From a candidate division WWE3 bacterium (GTDB lineage: Bacteria; Patescibacteriota; WWE3; UBA101185; UBA10185): a DNA stretch of 64,000 bases. The stretch's first letter is position 1. The number at the start of each line of letters is the position of its first letter. The notes beneath the pieces were generated by a model. It was not told where the DNA came from and did no database searches. It saw only the letters and a program-made list of their open reading frames with translations. Positions 46,961-55,494 of this stretch are shown in pieces. A program made the position numbers and the translations under genes. The stretch lies in contig QZJF01000017.1 of the NCBI GenBank assembly GCA_003599255.1, positions 35,940-99,939 of the forward strand, read 5' to 3'.

Positions 46961-47254
46961 TCATTTGAACCGATGCTCGGTAATTCTGGTGGCCATGGAA
47001 GGCTCCCGAATGTGCGAGGGCTCTATGTAAATTTTCCTATACCGTCGATCCTGGAACTTCAAAATGATCTTGAAGCACAAAAACACCAGGAAAACGGCCA
47101 GAATAACCGGGAGTGCATACTCCGGCATTCTGTATACAAGGAAAAAGGACATAAACGCCAACCCGTAACCGATCTTTGTAATCTTTCGAGGTTTATACGT
47201 CGGATCACAAAGTTCGAACCAAGCATCAACGAGACGTCTAAGCTGTTTTCTCAT
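46961..47254 (-). CDS. Small two-TM protein (positionally VirB3/PrgI-like)
   Basis: Two hydrophobic helices; ATGA overlap with the upstream gene and GAGGAGG SD; precedes the ATPase gene. Confidence 0.7.
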   Translation of the reverse strand: MRKQLRRLVDAWFELCDPTYKPRKITKIGYGLAFMSFFLVYRMPEYALPVILAVFLVFLCFKIILKFQDRRYRKIYIEPSHIREPSMATRITEHRFK

Positions 47255-49209
47255 GTCACCTCCTCTTCTACAATATCGTCGTCGTACTTGCTCAGATCCG
47301 GCGGCTGTAGAGATTCAGAGGAAGACTGTGTTGGTGACTGAGGTCGTTCTTCCGGGACAAAGACGTCCACCAGAGTTCCGGCTATGCCCAGCACAACTTT
47401 CGCGCGGGGGTCACTTACCATCCCTGCACCGACATGCGCTAGATCTCCTACAGTCCGGGCAACGTTACGTCCGTTTACACGGGGGCGTTCGGTCACTTGG
47501 AGCTCGGAAACCTCAACGTAGGTAGCGTCGGGATGGGAATCAGCCACAATGGTGTCCAAATCAATTTCCCTAGTGGTCGTTTCCACTACGTTAGCGTCAA
47601 CGACTCCGTCTGCCTCTCCTGGGGATATAACACGATCTTGACGATCGTAACGAGCAGCAGCCTCAACTCCCTGAACATCCGGGAAATCAAAACTGTCGCG
47701 CACGTCATCCTGAAGAGAAACAGAAACTTCCTCCGCAACGTTGGTGTCTTGCAAGACCGCATCCTCGTCCGCACCTGTAATATCGGGCGTTCTTCCAACG
47801 CGGTCCAACGTCTCCGATGAAATGACATCAAGGTCACCGCCGGATATAATCGGGGAATCCCCACCAACAGCAACAGCTGAATCGCCGGCTGTGATATCGG
47901 AATTATCCCCGAGATTTTCAATGTCAGTTTCTTGAATTTGGGAACTGTCTCCCTCAACCGTCACGGCCGAAAGATCCAAGTCTCCTCCTTCAATGCCTTC
48001 CGATTCAACAACACTCGTATCATCATTGCTATCGATCAGCAATGAATCATCCCCGTCTACAACTGTGTCCCCGAGTGAACTTTCCTCGGAAACTACGGTA
48101 CGAGAGTCGATATCGGTTTCGGCAGAATCGCCCGGTTGATTTGCATCCTCGGGAGATCCTAGCACCACATTGGGATCGGCATCTTGCCCATCACCGTTGC
48201 CACCAACGCCGCCTGGACCACCGGGGGCACCGCTGCCTCCTCCGTTTGGACCCGAAGGACCATTGGATGTGGATGAAGAAACGGTATTGTCGCCATCTTC
48301 GCCATCACTTCCGTCAATAGGAAAGGGAAGAGCTACGATTGCGCCATCTATACCGTCTGCATCGCGGGCTGTCCCGTCAACCGCGTCCGAGTCATCGGCC
48401 GAGGTTTGTTGGTTTGTAGACACGGTCTGAGTGTTCGTGCTCCTGCGGGTTGACAACCCTAGTGCGGGAGCAAAAACAATCATGAGTGCCGGCGGAACCA
48501 CGGTCATTGTGATGAACAACAGGATTACAGCTATAAGATAGCTCCCGTTGTAGTTCGACAATGTGGCCTCTACTACGTTGGGCATTCCTTCGGCGAACTC
48601 CGTTACCAGAGTGTAATACGCCATAGGAAACATTGCCCAAGCGCCTGCTAAAACCCATGCCATAAGAATGGGTTTGAAACTTACATTGATGACTGCGATC
48701 GCTACTAGCGTAATGATCGTCAGCCCCAGGAGCATTTCCCAGATTTTGTAATAATTAGGGATTTCCCTGGTAAAGCCTGCAGCCAGGTTCACAGTGACCG
48801 GATTAGAGTCACCCTCCAGAATCTCCAGCCACCCCATCAGGTCTGCGACCCAGGGAAGACCTAGCTCCTCCGGAAAGAACATGCCTTGGCCTATCTGTGT
48901 TAACAGATTGAAGACCATTGGCGTAATGGCTGCAGCTATCATCAAACCCATGCCCTTACCATACTCAAGACCCCAGTCTCCGCCTGTAATAACGGGTACC
49001 AGAGTGAGAATCAAAAGGGGAGGGATAGTCAACAGGTAGAAGGCCGATGCCAACCTATTGAGCAGCTCTGGAGCAATCGTGACGTAAAAAGATTCGCGCC
49101 ACGGTGGCTCGTTAGCGATAGTATCGGCCAAATTGTCACCACATCCGCTTAGAATAAGCGACATGGCAACTAGGGATACTATCTTTAGGAGAAGTCGCCT
49201 TTTTGCCAT
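47251..49209 (-). CDS. Polytopic membrane (lipo)protein with long acidic low-complexity tail (VirB6/TrbL-like architecture)
   Basis: Lipobox-like LILSG-C, about 5 TM helices in aa 55-250, then about 400 aa rich in Asp/Gly/Ser. Confidence 0.7.
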   Translation of the reverse strand: MAKRRLLLKIVSLVAMSLILSGCGDNLADTIANEPPWRESFYVTIAPELLNRLASAFYLLTIPPLLILTLVPVITGGDWGLEYGKGMGLMIAAAITPMVFNLLTQIGQGMFFPEELGLPWVADLMGWLEILEGDSNPVTVNLAAGFTREIPNYYKIWEMLLGLTIITLVAIAVINVSFKPILMAWVLAGAWAMFPMAYYTLVTEFAEGMPNVVEATLSNYNGSYLIAVILLFITMTVVPPALMIVFAPALGLSTRRSTNTQTVSTNQQTSADDSDAVDGTARDADGIDGAIVALPFPIDGSDGEDGDNTVSSSTSNGPSGPNGGGSGAPGGPGGVGGNGDGQDADPNVVLGSPEDANQPGDSAETDIDSRTVVSEESSLGDTVVDGDDSLLIDSNDDTSVVESEGIEGGDLDLSAVTVEGDSSQIQETDIENLGDNSDITAGDSAVAVGGDSPIISGGDLDVISSETLDRVGRTPDITGADEDAVLQDTNVAEEVSVSLQDDVRDSFDFPDVQGVEAAARYDRQDRVISPGEADGVVDANVVETTTREIDLDTIVADSHPDATYVEVSELQVTERPRVNGRNVARTVGDLAHVGAGMVSDPRAKVVLGIAGTLVDVFVPEERPQSPTQSSSESLQPPDLSKYDDDIVEEEVT

Positions 49210-49236
49210 GGCCTATTCCTTTTGGGCTCTTCGAGC

Positions 49237-49509
49237 TTAGGGAATAAGCCCGATAAAGAAACTGGAAATCTTGTCTACCAGCCCGCCGGGAGCAACACCG
49301 TTTTCGACGATGTTGAATGCAAAACCGACGGCCAAGGCGGCTGCCAGGAACAGCTGGAGAACCATCATAAGTCCGCCGCTATCCTTGCTGTCGCCAGCGC
49401 CCTTTACGAGACCCTTTGGACCCAAAAAGACGTTCCAAAGGAGCCCGATGATCCCCGCCAACATGATGAATTCAAGGATTTGGCGGGCCAAGGTGTTTAA
49501 AGCTTCCAT
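49237..49509 (-). CDS. Small two-TM protein, pilin (VirB2)-like
   Basis: GGAGGT SD before ATG 49509; helix-G/K/D loop-helix, 90 aa. Confidence 0.65.
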   Translation of the reverse strand: MEALNTLARQILEFIMLAGIIGLLWNVFLGPKGLVKGAGDSKDSGGLMMVLQLFLAAALAVGFAFNIVENGVAPGGLVDKISSFFIGLIP

Positions 49510-49904
49510 CGTATACCTCCGTATAGGTTGGGACGCGTCGCAACAAAGCGGCACATCCATTGGATTAGTGGCACCCTCTTTTTCAGGGATGAACACAAGC
49601 TACCCTCCAGTAGGGAACCTGAAAGGCAGTTCGTGTTCATCCACGAAGGGTGTGCGCCGATTATTGGTTCAAATGAATAAAATTTTAAAGAGCACAAACA
49701 CAACACTTCACACCATAGGTGCTACATGCTTTATTCTATTACTCTCTTTCCTCTCTTTTATTTGGGCAAAAAAAGCTGTAAAGCTTTTCCATTACAAACA
49801 ACTAAATCTTAATTGTCTGTATTTGAAAAGTTTTAAAACTTGAAGGGAAGGAAAAAATTCGGATAGAATCCGTAACGTTTTCCTTCCCCTTTTCTCCGAA
49901 ACTG

Positions 49905-50579
49905 CTAAGCGGGTACTGCTTCTGCTTCTACAGGAACAGGTATTTCTTCCGCAGCAGGTTCGGGGGATGTATCGTGGCCGTTCTTGCCGTAGGGCTTGAA
50001 CATTTTGGCCTGTTCCTCTTCAGGAACATTATGCACCTTTGCCAGGGCCTCGAAGAATTCTTTCATACCCTTGGCGACCGGAACCAGCGTAGAGACACGT
50101 CCCTCGATACCGTTGATGCTGAATACGAAGTTGTGCGTTTCCGGGTTGTACATCACCGCAAATTCGCCGGACACAACTTGTGTTTTGGCCGGGGAGGGAG
50201 TGCGCACTATGTTCAGAAATTCCACCATTTCGACAGGGGTGCCAAAAAGGTTGAACTCGATGTTCCCACCGCCACGCCGAGGCTCGAGTTTCATGGTGGA
50301 CTTAGCCGCCAGATCCTTAATTGCCTCTTTCAATGCCTGGGGATCGTTCAGAAGGGCTAACAGCACGGCTAACTGGCGAAGTTCTTGCCATGCGGCTCCC
50401 CATTCAGTATCCAGGCGTACCCGTTCTTTCAAGTGGCTCTTGAGTGTATCCGGGTCAACATTGAACAGCGTCGATATCTGTTCCGGCAAAAGAAAAGCCT
50501 GCAGGTTGAGCCGAGTGTTTGCCACCCGCTGACGAGCTGGCTTTGCAGTGCCCTTATCATTGTGATTGTCTTTACTCAT
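49905..50579 (-). CDS. Hypothetical soluble protein
   Basis: AAGGAG SD 7 nt before ATG 50579; first long gene of the minus-strand run. Confidence 0.75.
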   Translation of the reverse strand: MSKDNHNDKGTAKPARQRVANTRLNLQAFLLPEQISTLFNVDPDTLKSHLKERVRLDTEWGAAWQELRQLAVLLALLNDPQALKEAIKDLAAKSTMKLEPRRGGGNIEFNLFGTPVEMVEFLNIVRTPSPAKTQVVSGEFAVMYNPETHNFVFSINGIEGRVSTLVPVAKGMKEFFEALAKVHNVPEEEQAKMFKPYGKNGHDTSPEPAAEEIPVPVEAEAVPA

Positions 50580-50807
50580 GATCAATCTCCTTTATACGTC
50601 TGATGGAATCGGTTAAAACTGAATTCAGCAATTCGGTTTTTCCTACGATATGTTGTTCAGGTGCACACCTCTCTTTCTTATTTTTTTTTCCTAGCTGGAT
50701 TAAGCTGGGATCATAGGTACTCGTATTCTCCAACAATTTGAAGAGAATAAGGGTATGTAAAATCCAAGCTTGAATCTGCTATAAGATAACCGAAACGGAA
50801 TGCTTGA

Positions 50808-50835
50808 AGTTTACACTAATGAAATAAAATGTCAA
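50808..50835 (-). promoter_or_regulatory. Sigma70-type promoter for the accessory gene run
   Basis: TTGACA-16 nt-TAAACT on the minus strand. Confidence 0.65.
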
Positions 50836-50888
50836 CACATCGCATAGGGAATAAGTGGGCTATAGCTGGATAAAATACACATGAGATG

Positions 50889-50916
50889 TTGCGTTTTAAT
50901 TTACTCCAAGTATAAT
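50889..50916 (+). promoter_or_regulatory. Divergent sigma70-type promoter
   Basis: TTGCGT-16 nt-TATAAT. Confidence 0.6.
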
Positions 50917-51021
50917 GACGACACATCTATATAGGCTAAGACCTAAAAGAAGGAGAGCTTATGAAAATTCGCACGTTGATCTCTAATTCCACATTCTCTA
51001 TTACGAAAGGATAAGGGAAAA

Positions 51022-52500
51022 ATGAAGAAATTTGTAACCACCTTGTTGCTGGCCGCGCTGGTGTTAGCGGGAGTTATGCCCTTGTTTAACAGCCGAAATG
51101 CAATGGCAGAAGCGCCGGTTTCCGGGCTTCCTGAAGCCCCTGCCGGTAGGAATGATTTAACCCCCATTTACGATGCAGAGGGAGTTCAGATCTATCCAGT
51201 GTTCCCTGACAAAACGGCTTTCGGTCAGGAACAGATAGTTTTTACGGTGGATATACCAACTGACCTGCAGGATGAAGTCTGTGAAGACCTGGATGATCCG
51301 TATATAGACCCGGCAACATGGGGCGACATGGACGACGCAGACAACCATGCCCGCCTGGACGTTGTTTACTGCAACGGAGCGTATCATTTCCGAGCATGGT
51401 CTGTCTGGGCAGGGCGTCCGCCAATGATCGGTGAATGGAACCTTCAGAGGCTTGTCCTCGACTGGCAACTTACCAACCTTACCGACAATGTGATTTATGA
51501 CAGTGGGCATTTGGAAACTGTCGAAGATCCTGTCGAGGAAGGCGGACCCGCGGTTGTTGAGGGACAAGTGGTGCTTCCCGTGTCGGGCAAGACCTACCGA
51601 ATGCATGTCATTGCGTACACCAGACAACTGGGGTGCGATAACGGCAGTGGTCAGATAGAGTTTATCTCAACACAGGTCGCGCCGGTCGGTCAGATCGACG
51701 TCCTGAAAACCGATCAGAACAACAATCCCGTTTCCGACGTTACAATGGAAATGTGGTTCCGAAACAAGGTCGGGGAGTGGGAACTTGGATCCGTTAAACA
51801 AACCGATACGGCAGGCAACGTTTCTTTCGCCGCGCCGCAAGGTAACTATAAAATCGCGGAACAGCTGGACACCCTGCCGACAATGTCTTATCCGGTGAGT
51901 CCTGCAACAGGAGAAACCGAAGAGTTCTTGGTAGATCCTGAGCATCAGGTTGTGCAGGTAGAATTCGTCAATTTTGTGCCGAAGGTTATCTATCTGCCGC
52001 TGATCATCAAATCAGGACCTCCGGAGGTCTGTACCCGCTCGGCCCAGATTTCTTACATTGACCGGGCCGGTCTGTACCAGTCGGTGATCCGTAAGTTCAC
52101 TTCAACCGGTGCCGAAGTATTCAGTGTAGGAGTTCTTCCATACGCAAGAGTGCTGACAATAAGCATGACCGACGGGAATCCCGTTGAACTCATGACTATT
52201 CAGTCAGTTACGGCGGACGGGGGCAGATATACATACACCGACGACCAAGGACCCGTATGGAAATACGCGGGAACCTGGGACCACGACAAGGACATCCTTC
52301 CTGCCGATGTAACGTGGCTGCGTGTTGTGGACATTCACAACGCCATTGCCGAGTACCATGAGGGGGATGAGTTGTGTGTGCTTAATGTGCAGGCCCAGTG
52401 GGATCCGCCCGAGCTTCAGCAGCTTCAAGAGCAACTAGTCGGGGGCGCCATTACTCCTGCAACTTTCTACGAAGCGGCAGCTATTCTTTCAGGAAAATAA
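51022..52500 (+). CDS. Exported protein with CnaB/SpaA-like (prealbumin-fold) domain
   Basis: Signal peptide (AMA-E); GQIDVLKTDQNNNPVSDVTME...TDTAGNVSF...GNYKIAE; internal IYLPLIIK. Confidence 0.75.
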   Translation: MKKFVTTLLLAALVLAGVMPLFNSRNAMAEAPVSGLPEAPAGRNDLTPIYDAEGVQIYPVFPDKTAFGQEQIVFTVDIPTDLQDEVCEDLDDPYIDPATWGDMDDADNHARLDVVYCNGAYHFRAWSVWAGRPPMIGEWNLQRLVLDWQLTNLTDNVIYDSGHLETVEDPVEEGGPAVVEGQVVLPVSGKTYRMHVIAYTRQLGCDNGSGQIEFISTQVAPVGQIDVLKTDQNNNPVSDVTMEMWFRNKVGEWELGSVKQTDTAGNVSFAAPQGNYKIAEQLDTLPTMSYPVSPATGETEEFLVDPEHQVVQVEFVNFVPKVIYLPLIIKSGPPEVCTRSAQISYIDRAGLYQSVIRKFTSTGAEVFSVGVLPYARVLTISMTDGNPVELMTIQSVTADGGRYTYTDDQGPVWKYAGTWDHDKDILPADVTWLRVVDIHNAIAEYHEGDELCVLNVQAQWDPPELQQLQEQLVGGAITPATFYEAAAILSGK

Positions 52501-52537
52501 CGTCCTGAGTACCTGCCTGGCAACGTAGACCAAACCA

Positions 52538-52577
52538 AAGAGCTATGATCAGAAATCTGAACATAGCTCTTTTTTTA
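52538..52577. terminator. Bidirectional intrinsic terminator
   Basis: AAAGAGCTATG.TCAG-AAAT-CTGA.CATAGCTCTTT-TTTT between convergent genes. Confidence 0.8.
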
Positions 52578-52587
52578 TCTGTAAAAA

Positions 52588-54840
52588 TTAGGCTTGAGGC
52601 CAGGGACTTGCCGCGAGATCGACAGAATCCGCTCGGGGAATTTCCTGCCAGATCGCTTCGGTAACAAAAGGCATAAAAGGATGTAAAAGTTTCAAACATT
52701 CCGTCATTACATGATGCAAAACACCCAGGGAAACTTTCTTGTCCTCCAGGTTTTTAACATGTTCTATATAGTTATCTGCCACCTCGTGCCACATGAATTG
52801 ATAAATGTCCTCTCCGGCATCGGCAAATCTGTATTTGACCAGGTTTTTGTCCACCTTTTTTATTAGACCTTCCAGCCCTTTCAAAACCTCCTTGTCCTTC
52901 TTGGACATGGCTTTCTCCGCTTCTTTTGAAGGAAGAATCAAGTCAGCGTATTTAGTAATGTCTTCTTTTTCCATCATCATCAGCATAAATCTGGTCATAT
53001 TCCAGATCTTATTGGCAAAATTTCTATATCCGATGATTTTATCCCTGGGAAAATTGAAATCTTTCCCGTTAGCGGTTCCGCTGATCAACCCCATACGTAA
53101 AGCGTCAACCCCGTATTTTTCCATATACTCTTCAGGATTTATTACGTTGCCCAAGCTTTTACTCATTTTTTTACCGTCAATGGCACGAATATGCCCGTGT
53201 AGGTAAACCTCGTGGAACGGCACGTCTCCCGTCAGATAAATTCCAAACATAACCATTCGGGACACCCAGCGTGTAACAATTTCCCAACCGGTCTCAAGAA
53301 CACTGGTGGGATAATAGTACTTGTAGTCTTCAGAATTGGGATATCTAAGGGTAACCAGTGGCCATTGCCCGCTGCTGAACCACGTATCAAACGTGTCTGT
53401 CTCCTGCAAATATCCTGTGCCTGGGCTAGTCTTGGAAACTACATATTTACTGGATTTCGGCGCATACAATGTCTGTAGTCCTTTTTCTATTGTTTCCAAT
53501 GAATAATCTTTCAGAAGTTCCCCGGCCTTGCCCGTGATAAAATTGCCGGTATCGTCAAGAAAAGCAAGAGTGATTTCGGGATTTTCATCCAATTTGTACC
53601 ATGCGGGAACCCTGATTCCCCACACAACCTGTCTGGAAATGGCCCAATCGTGCATATTTTCAACCCATCTTGTATAAGTTATCTCCCGCCATTTGGGAAA
53701 TATTTTAAGTTTCTTTTGTTTAACTACATCAAGCGCAGGTTTTTTTAACGATTTCTTGGGGTGATCCACTTTTATAAACCAATTTGGCAAAACCAGCTGT
53801 TCTATGTAATCTTCACTCCTATAGTCAACCGGAACTAGATGTTCATAGGACTCATCGATCTTTTCAATTGAACCTAGAGCCTGCAGATCCTCGGTTATCT
53901 GCTTTCTGGCTTCCAGAACCTTTAAATCTGCGTATTTTCCGGCGTTAGCACTCATTCTACCATCAGTGCTAATAACGTTTTTTACCTCCAACCCGTGCCT
54001 AATTCCTATCTCGAAGTCATTTTTATCGTGCGCAGGGGTAACTTTCAACACACCCGTGCCGAACTTGGGATCGACATAGCTATCGGCTATAACTTTTAGA
54101 CTATTAGGGCCTGTAACATCTTCAAACTCTATGACTTTGCCAACGAAGTTTTTGTATCTTTTGTCTTTAGGATTTACCGCCAAAGCAGTGTCTCCCAGTT
54201 TCGTTTCCGGACGAACAGTAGCCACGGTTAGGGGGCCGTACTTTATGTAGTACAGAGGGTCTTTCCTTTCTTTGAAAGTAATTTCCGCGTCGCTGAAGGT
54301 GGTACCCCATTTGAAAGAGTAGTTAACAACATAATCATCCCTATAAACCAGGCCTTCCTTTTCCATTTTTTCAAAGGTGGAGAGCACTATATCCACGGCA
54401 TCATTATCAAGTGTAAAAGTGTACCTGCTCCAGTCAACACTGGCGCCCATCTGACGGATCTGCGTTTCTATCAACCCTTTGTTTTCCTGCACAAAATTCC
54501 AAATCATGGAATAAAGAGTATTACGGTCGTAGTCAAAACGCGATTTACCCTTTTTCCTTAATTCACGTTCAAAGGTAGTCTGGGTTTCAAACCCTGCGTG
54601 ATCCGTACCGGGGAGCCACAAAGCAGAATATCCCTGCATTCTTTTCCAACGGATTAACAAATCCTCAATTGCAATCATCAGAACATTGCCTGTGTGCATC
54701 TTGCCGGAGGCATTTGGGGGCGGAAGCACTATAGTAAAGGGCTTTTTCTTGGGGTCTCTTTCCGCGTGAAAATAATTACCTTCTTCCCATCTTTTAAGTA
54801 TCTTTTCTTCTATTTTTTTATGCTCAAATTTTGAATCCAT
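52588..54840 (-). CDS. valS: Valine--tRNA ligase (short, lacks the C-terminal coiled coil)
   Basis: PPPNASGKMHTGN, WLPGTDHAG, ATVRPET, GTGVLKVTPAHD, DWAISRQ, DTWFSS, KMSKS, RNFANKIWN. Confidence 0.97.
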   Translation of the reverse strand: MDSKFEHKKIEEKILKRWEEGNYFHAERDPKKKPFTIVLPPPNASGKMHTGNVLMIAIEDLLIRWKRMQGYSALWLPGTDHAGFETQTTFERELRKKGKSRFDYDRNTLYSMIWNFVQENKGLIETQIRQMGASVDWSRYTFTLDNDAVDIVLSTFEKMEKEGLVYRDDYVVNYSFKWGTTFSDAEITFKERKDPLYYIKYGPLTVATVRPETKLGDTALAVNPKDKRYKNFVGKVIEFEDVTGPNSLKVIADSYVDPKFGTGVLKVTPAHDKNDFEIGIRHGLEVKNVISTDGRMSANAGKYADLKVLEARKQITEDLQALGSIEKIDESYEHLVPVDYRSEDYIEQLVLPNWFIKVDHPKKSLKKPALDVVKQKKLKIFPKWREITYTRWVENMHDWAISRQVVWGIRVPAWYKLDENPEITLAFLDDTGNFITGKAGELLKDYSLETIEKGLQTLYAPKSSKYVVSKTSPGTGYLQETDTFDTWFSSGQWPLVTLRYPNSEDYKYYYPTSVLETGWEIVTRWVSRMVMFGIYLTGDVPFHEVYLHGHIRAIDGKKMSKSLGNVINPEEYMEKYGVDALRMGLISGTANGKDFNFPRDKIIGYRNFANKIWNMTRFMLMMMEKEDITKYADLILPSKEAEKAMSKKDKEVLKGLEGLIKKVDKNLVKYRFADAGEDIYQFMWHEVADNYIEHVKNLEDKKVSLGVLHHVMTECLKLLHPFMPFVTEAIWQEIPRADSVDLAASPWPQA

Positions 54841-54881
54841 CTTAAACTACCTCAAAAATAAGTATACCTCAGGCAGAAAAC

Positions 54882-55056
54882 AAAAAAACCTCCGCAAAAT
54901 CGAGAGGTTCTACTAATAGTAGAAGGTACCAACCTTCTCCGTACTTATTGTAGCTGTTACGGGCTTTCCCGTCGGGGTCTAATTGCCAGCGCCTATGACC
55001 TGCATAGCTTTCTTCCCGAGGCTAGCCGAACGACATTAGTTCCGGCTTAAACGCCT
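54882..55056 (-). promoter_or_regulatory. T-box riboswitch (Val specifier) with ultrashort stem I
   Basis: After TGTTATAAT (55080-55072): short stem I with GUC in its loop, stem II, CGGG-AAAG-CCCGUAAC (IIA/B), antiterminator AGGU-UGGUACC-UUCUAC...GUAGAACCU, overlapping terminator AACCUC...GAGGUUUUUUU. Confidence 0.85.
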
Positions 55057-55192
55057 TTTCGAATTTTACAGATTATAACATAAGAAAAATGTTAGTGATC
55101 CTAGATGCAGTATACGACTTATAGTAGTTGCGGGCGGGGAATTTACCCTGTATAATGGGCAAATCATATAGGACACCTACAACGGAGGAAAA

Positions 55193-55393
55193 ATGGACGA
55201 AAAATTGTTCAAGGTAATTTTTTTGGTTGCCGCCTTCTCACTCACCATGCTGACGGGCGCATACAACCAGAACCGGCTGATCAAATACGAGGCGCGAAAC
55301 TATGGCACCGTCAGCCGCCTCACCCTGAATCTGGGAAATGCCGGCGCTTTCACCACAGCCTTCTTTGCTGTCGTAGCGGCCCTCCTCATCTAA
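55193..55393 (+). CDS. Small two-TM hypothetical protein
   Basis: TATAAT promoter, GGAGG SD, downstream hairpin + T run (55414-55469). Confidence 0.65.
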   Translation: MDEKLFKVIFLVAAFSLTMLTGAYNQNRLIKYEARNYGTVSRLTLNLGNAGAFTTAFFAVVAALLI

Positions 55394-55494
55394 ACGTGCC
55401 CTGCAACACCGCAACCGCTCTTCCTGAGACATAAAATCATCAAATCTCCGGAAGGGCGGTATTTTTTTTAACAATACGCTATAATACAAAGTAA

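Noticed and set aside
41965-50781. Integron cassette array with attC sites
   Set aside because: The hairpins lack consistent RYYYAAC/GTTRRRY ends and there is no integron integrase in the window; kept only as a structural observation.
40207-52587. Prophage or complete ICE with att sites
   Set aside because: No integrase, relaxase, capsid or terminase genes; only a 7-8 nt TTTTACA match near the ends, expected by chance.
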